Source: Eledone cirrhosa
Taxonomy: Eukaryota
Assembly (NCBI GenBank): GCA_964016885.1
Contig: OZ024742.1
Location: 101,680,001 to 101,744,000, forward strand
DNA: 64,000 nucleotides
Reading direction: 5' to 3'
Both the position numbers and the translations under genes were made by a program. Of the stretch, positions 62,201 through 64,000 are shown in pieces. Every line of letters begins with the position of its first letter. Positions within the stretch are counted from its first letter, which is position 1. The notes beneath the pieces were generated by a model, which was not told the origin of the DNA, did no database searches, and worked only from the letters and a program-made list of their open reading frames with translations.

Positions 62201-64000
62201 TGACTATACCCATTCCTCCAATGTGACTGGCTATACCCATTCCTCCAACATGACTGACTATACCCATTCCTCCAACATAACTGACTATACCCATTCCTCC
62301 AACATGACTGACTATACCCATTCCTCCAACATGACTGACTATACCTATTCCTCCAACATGACTGATTATACCTATTCCTCCAACATGACTGACTGTACCC
62401 ATTCCTCCAACATGACTGACTATACCCATTCCTCCAACATGACTGACTATACCTATTCCTCCAACATGACTGACTATACCTATTCCTCCAACATGACTGA
62501 CTGTACCCATTCCTCCAACATGACTGACTATACCTATTCCTCCAACGTGACTGACTGTACCCATTCCTCCAACAATACTGACTATACCCATTCCTCCAAC
62601 ATGACTGACTATACCCATTCCTCCAACAATACTGACTATACCCATTCCTCCAACATGACTGACTATACCTATTCCTCCAACATGACTGACTATACCCATT
62701 CCTCCAATGTGACTGGCTATACCCATTCCTCCAACATGACTGACTATACCCATTCCTCCAACATGACTGACTATACCCATTCCTCCAACATGACTGACTA
62801 TACCTATTCCTCCAACGTGACTGACTATACCCATTCCTCCGTGACTGACTATACCCATTCCTCCAACATGACTGACTATACCCATTCTTCCAACATGACT
62901 GACTATACCCATTCCTCCAACATGACTGACTATACCCATTCCTCCAACATGACTGACTATACCCATTCCTCCAACATGACTGACTATACCCATTCCTCCA
63001 ACATGACTGACTATACCTATTCCTCCAACGTGACTGACTATACCCATTCCTCCAACATGACTGACTGTACCTATTCCTCCAACGTGACTGGCTATATCCA
63101 TTCCTCCAACATGACTGACTATACCCATTCCTCCGTGACTGACTATACCCATTCCTCCAACATGACTGACTATACCCATTCTTCCAACATGACTGACTAT
63201 ACCCATTCCTCCAACATGACTGACTATACCCATTCCTCCAACATGACTGACTATACCCATTCCTCCAACATGACTGACTATACCCATTCTTCCAACATGA
63301 CTGACTATACCCATTCCTCCAACATGACTGACTATACCCATTCCTCCAACATGACTGACTGTACCTATTCCTCCAACGTGACTGGCTATATCCATTCCTC
63401 CAACATGACTGACTATACCCATTCCTCCGTGACTGACTATACCCATTCCTCCAACATGACTGACTATACCCATTCTTCCAACATGACTGACTATACCCAT
63501 TCCTCCAACATGACTGACTATACCCATTCCTCCAACATGACTGACTATACCCATTCCTCCAACATAACTGACTATACCCATTCTTCCAACATGACTGACT
63601 ATACCCATTCCTCCAACATGACTGACTATACCCATTCCTCCAACATGACTGACTGTACCCATTCCTCCAACATGACTGACTATACCTATTCCTCCAACAT
63701 GACTGACTATACCCATTCCTCCAACATGACTGACTATACCTATTCCTCCAACAATACTGACTATACCTATTCCTCCAACATGACTGACTATACCTATTCC
63801 TCCAACATGACTGACTATACCCATTCCTCCAACATGACTGACTATACCCATTCCTCCAACATGACTGACTATACCCATTCCTCCAACATGACTGACTATA
63901 CCCATTCCTCCAACATGACTGACTATACCTATTCCTCCAACATGACTGACTATACCCATTCCTCCAACAATACTGACTATACCTATTCCTCCAACATGAC
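53225..64000. repeat. Giant 27-bp minisatellite (CCTCCAACATGACTGACTATACCCATT)n, ~400 units, running off the window, in MDC1 intron 13
   Basis: Direct reading; 9-aa cycle GGMGIVSHV on the minus strand; 24-bp deletion variants. Confidence 0.98.

Overview
AT-rich animal genomic DNA, probably a cephalopod (Octopus-like, inferred from the SINE/RTE repeat landscape). The window holds the 5' ~55 kb of a + strand, multi-exon MDC1-like DNA-damage mediator gene that the ORF track mostly misses. I assembled 13 coding exons by hand (9091-52235, 3660 nt, ~1220 aa, all splice phases consistent): an N-terminal FHA domain, one SDT motif, TQxF/TQxY motifs and a long S/T/K/E-rich disordered region. The BRCT exons should lie beyond the window. 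About half of this gene span is three giant intronic minisatellites: a 19-bp unit over ~13.4 kb, a 52/53-bp unit over ~2.4 kb, and a 27-bp unit over >10.7 kb. These arrays generate the huge ORFs in the track. The rest is transposon debris: a piggyBac relic and related TTAA MITEs, RTE LINEs with an internal PHD-like finger, CRE-like and Tx1-like LINE fragments, a mariner fragment, tRNA-derived SINEs and fold-back elements. The most notable observations are: (i) two satellites and a small repeat carry the U1 snRNA 5'-end sequence (ACTTAC[C]) on the sense strand, i.e. hundreds of consensus splice donors on the antisense strand; (ii) a duplicated, stop-containing copy of FHA exon 3 with intact AG/GT (candidate poison exon); (iii) a GC-AG intron; (iv) several long dsRNA-forming inverted repeats. 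All functional interpretations are hypotheses.
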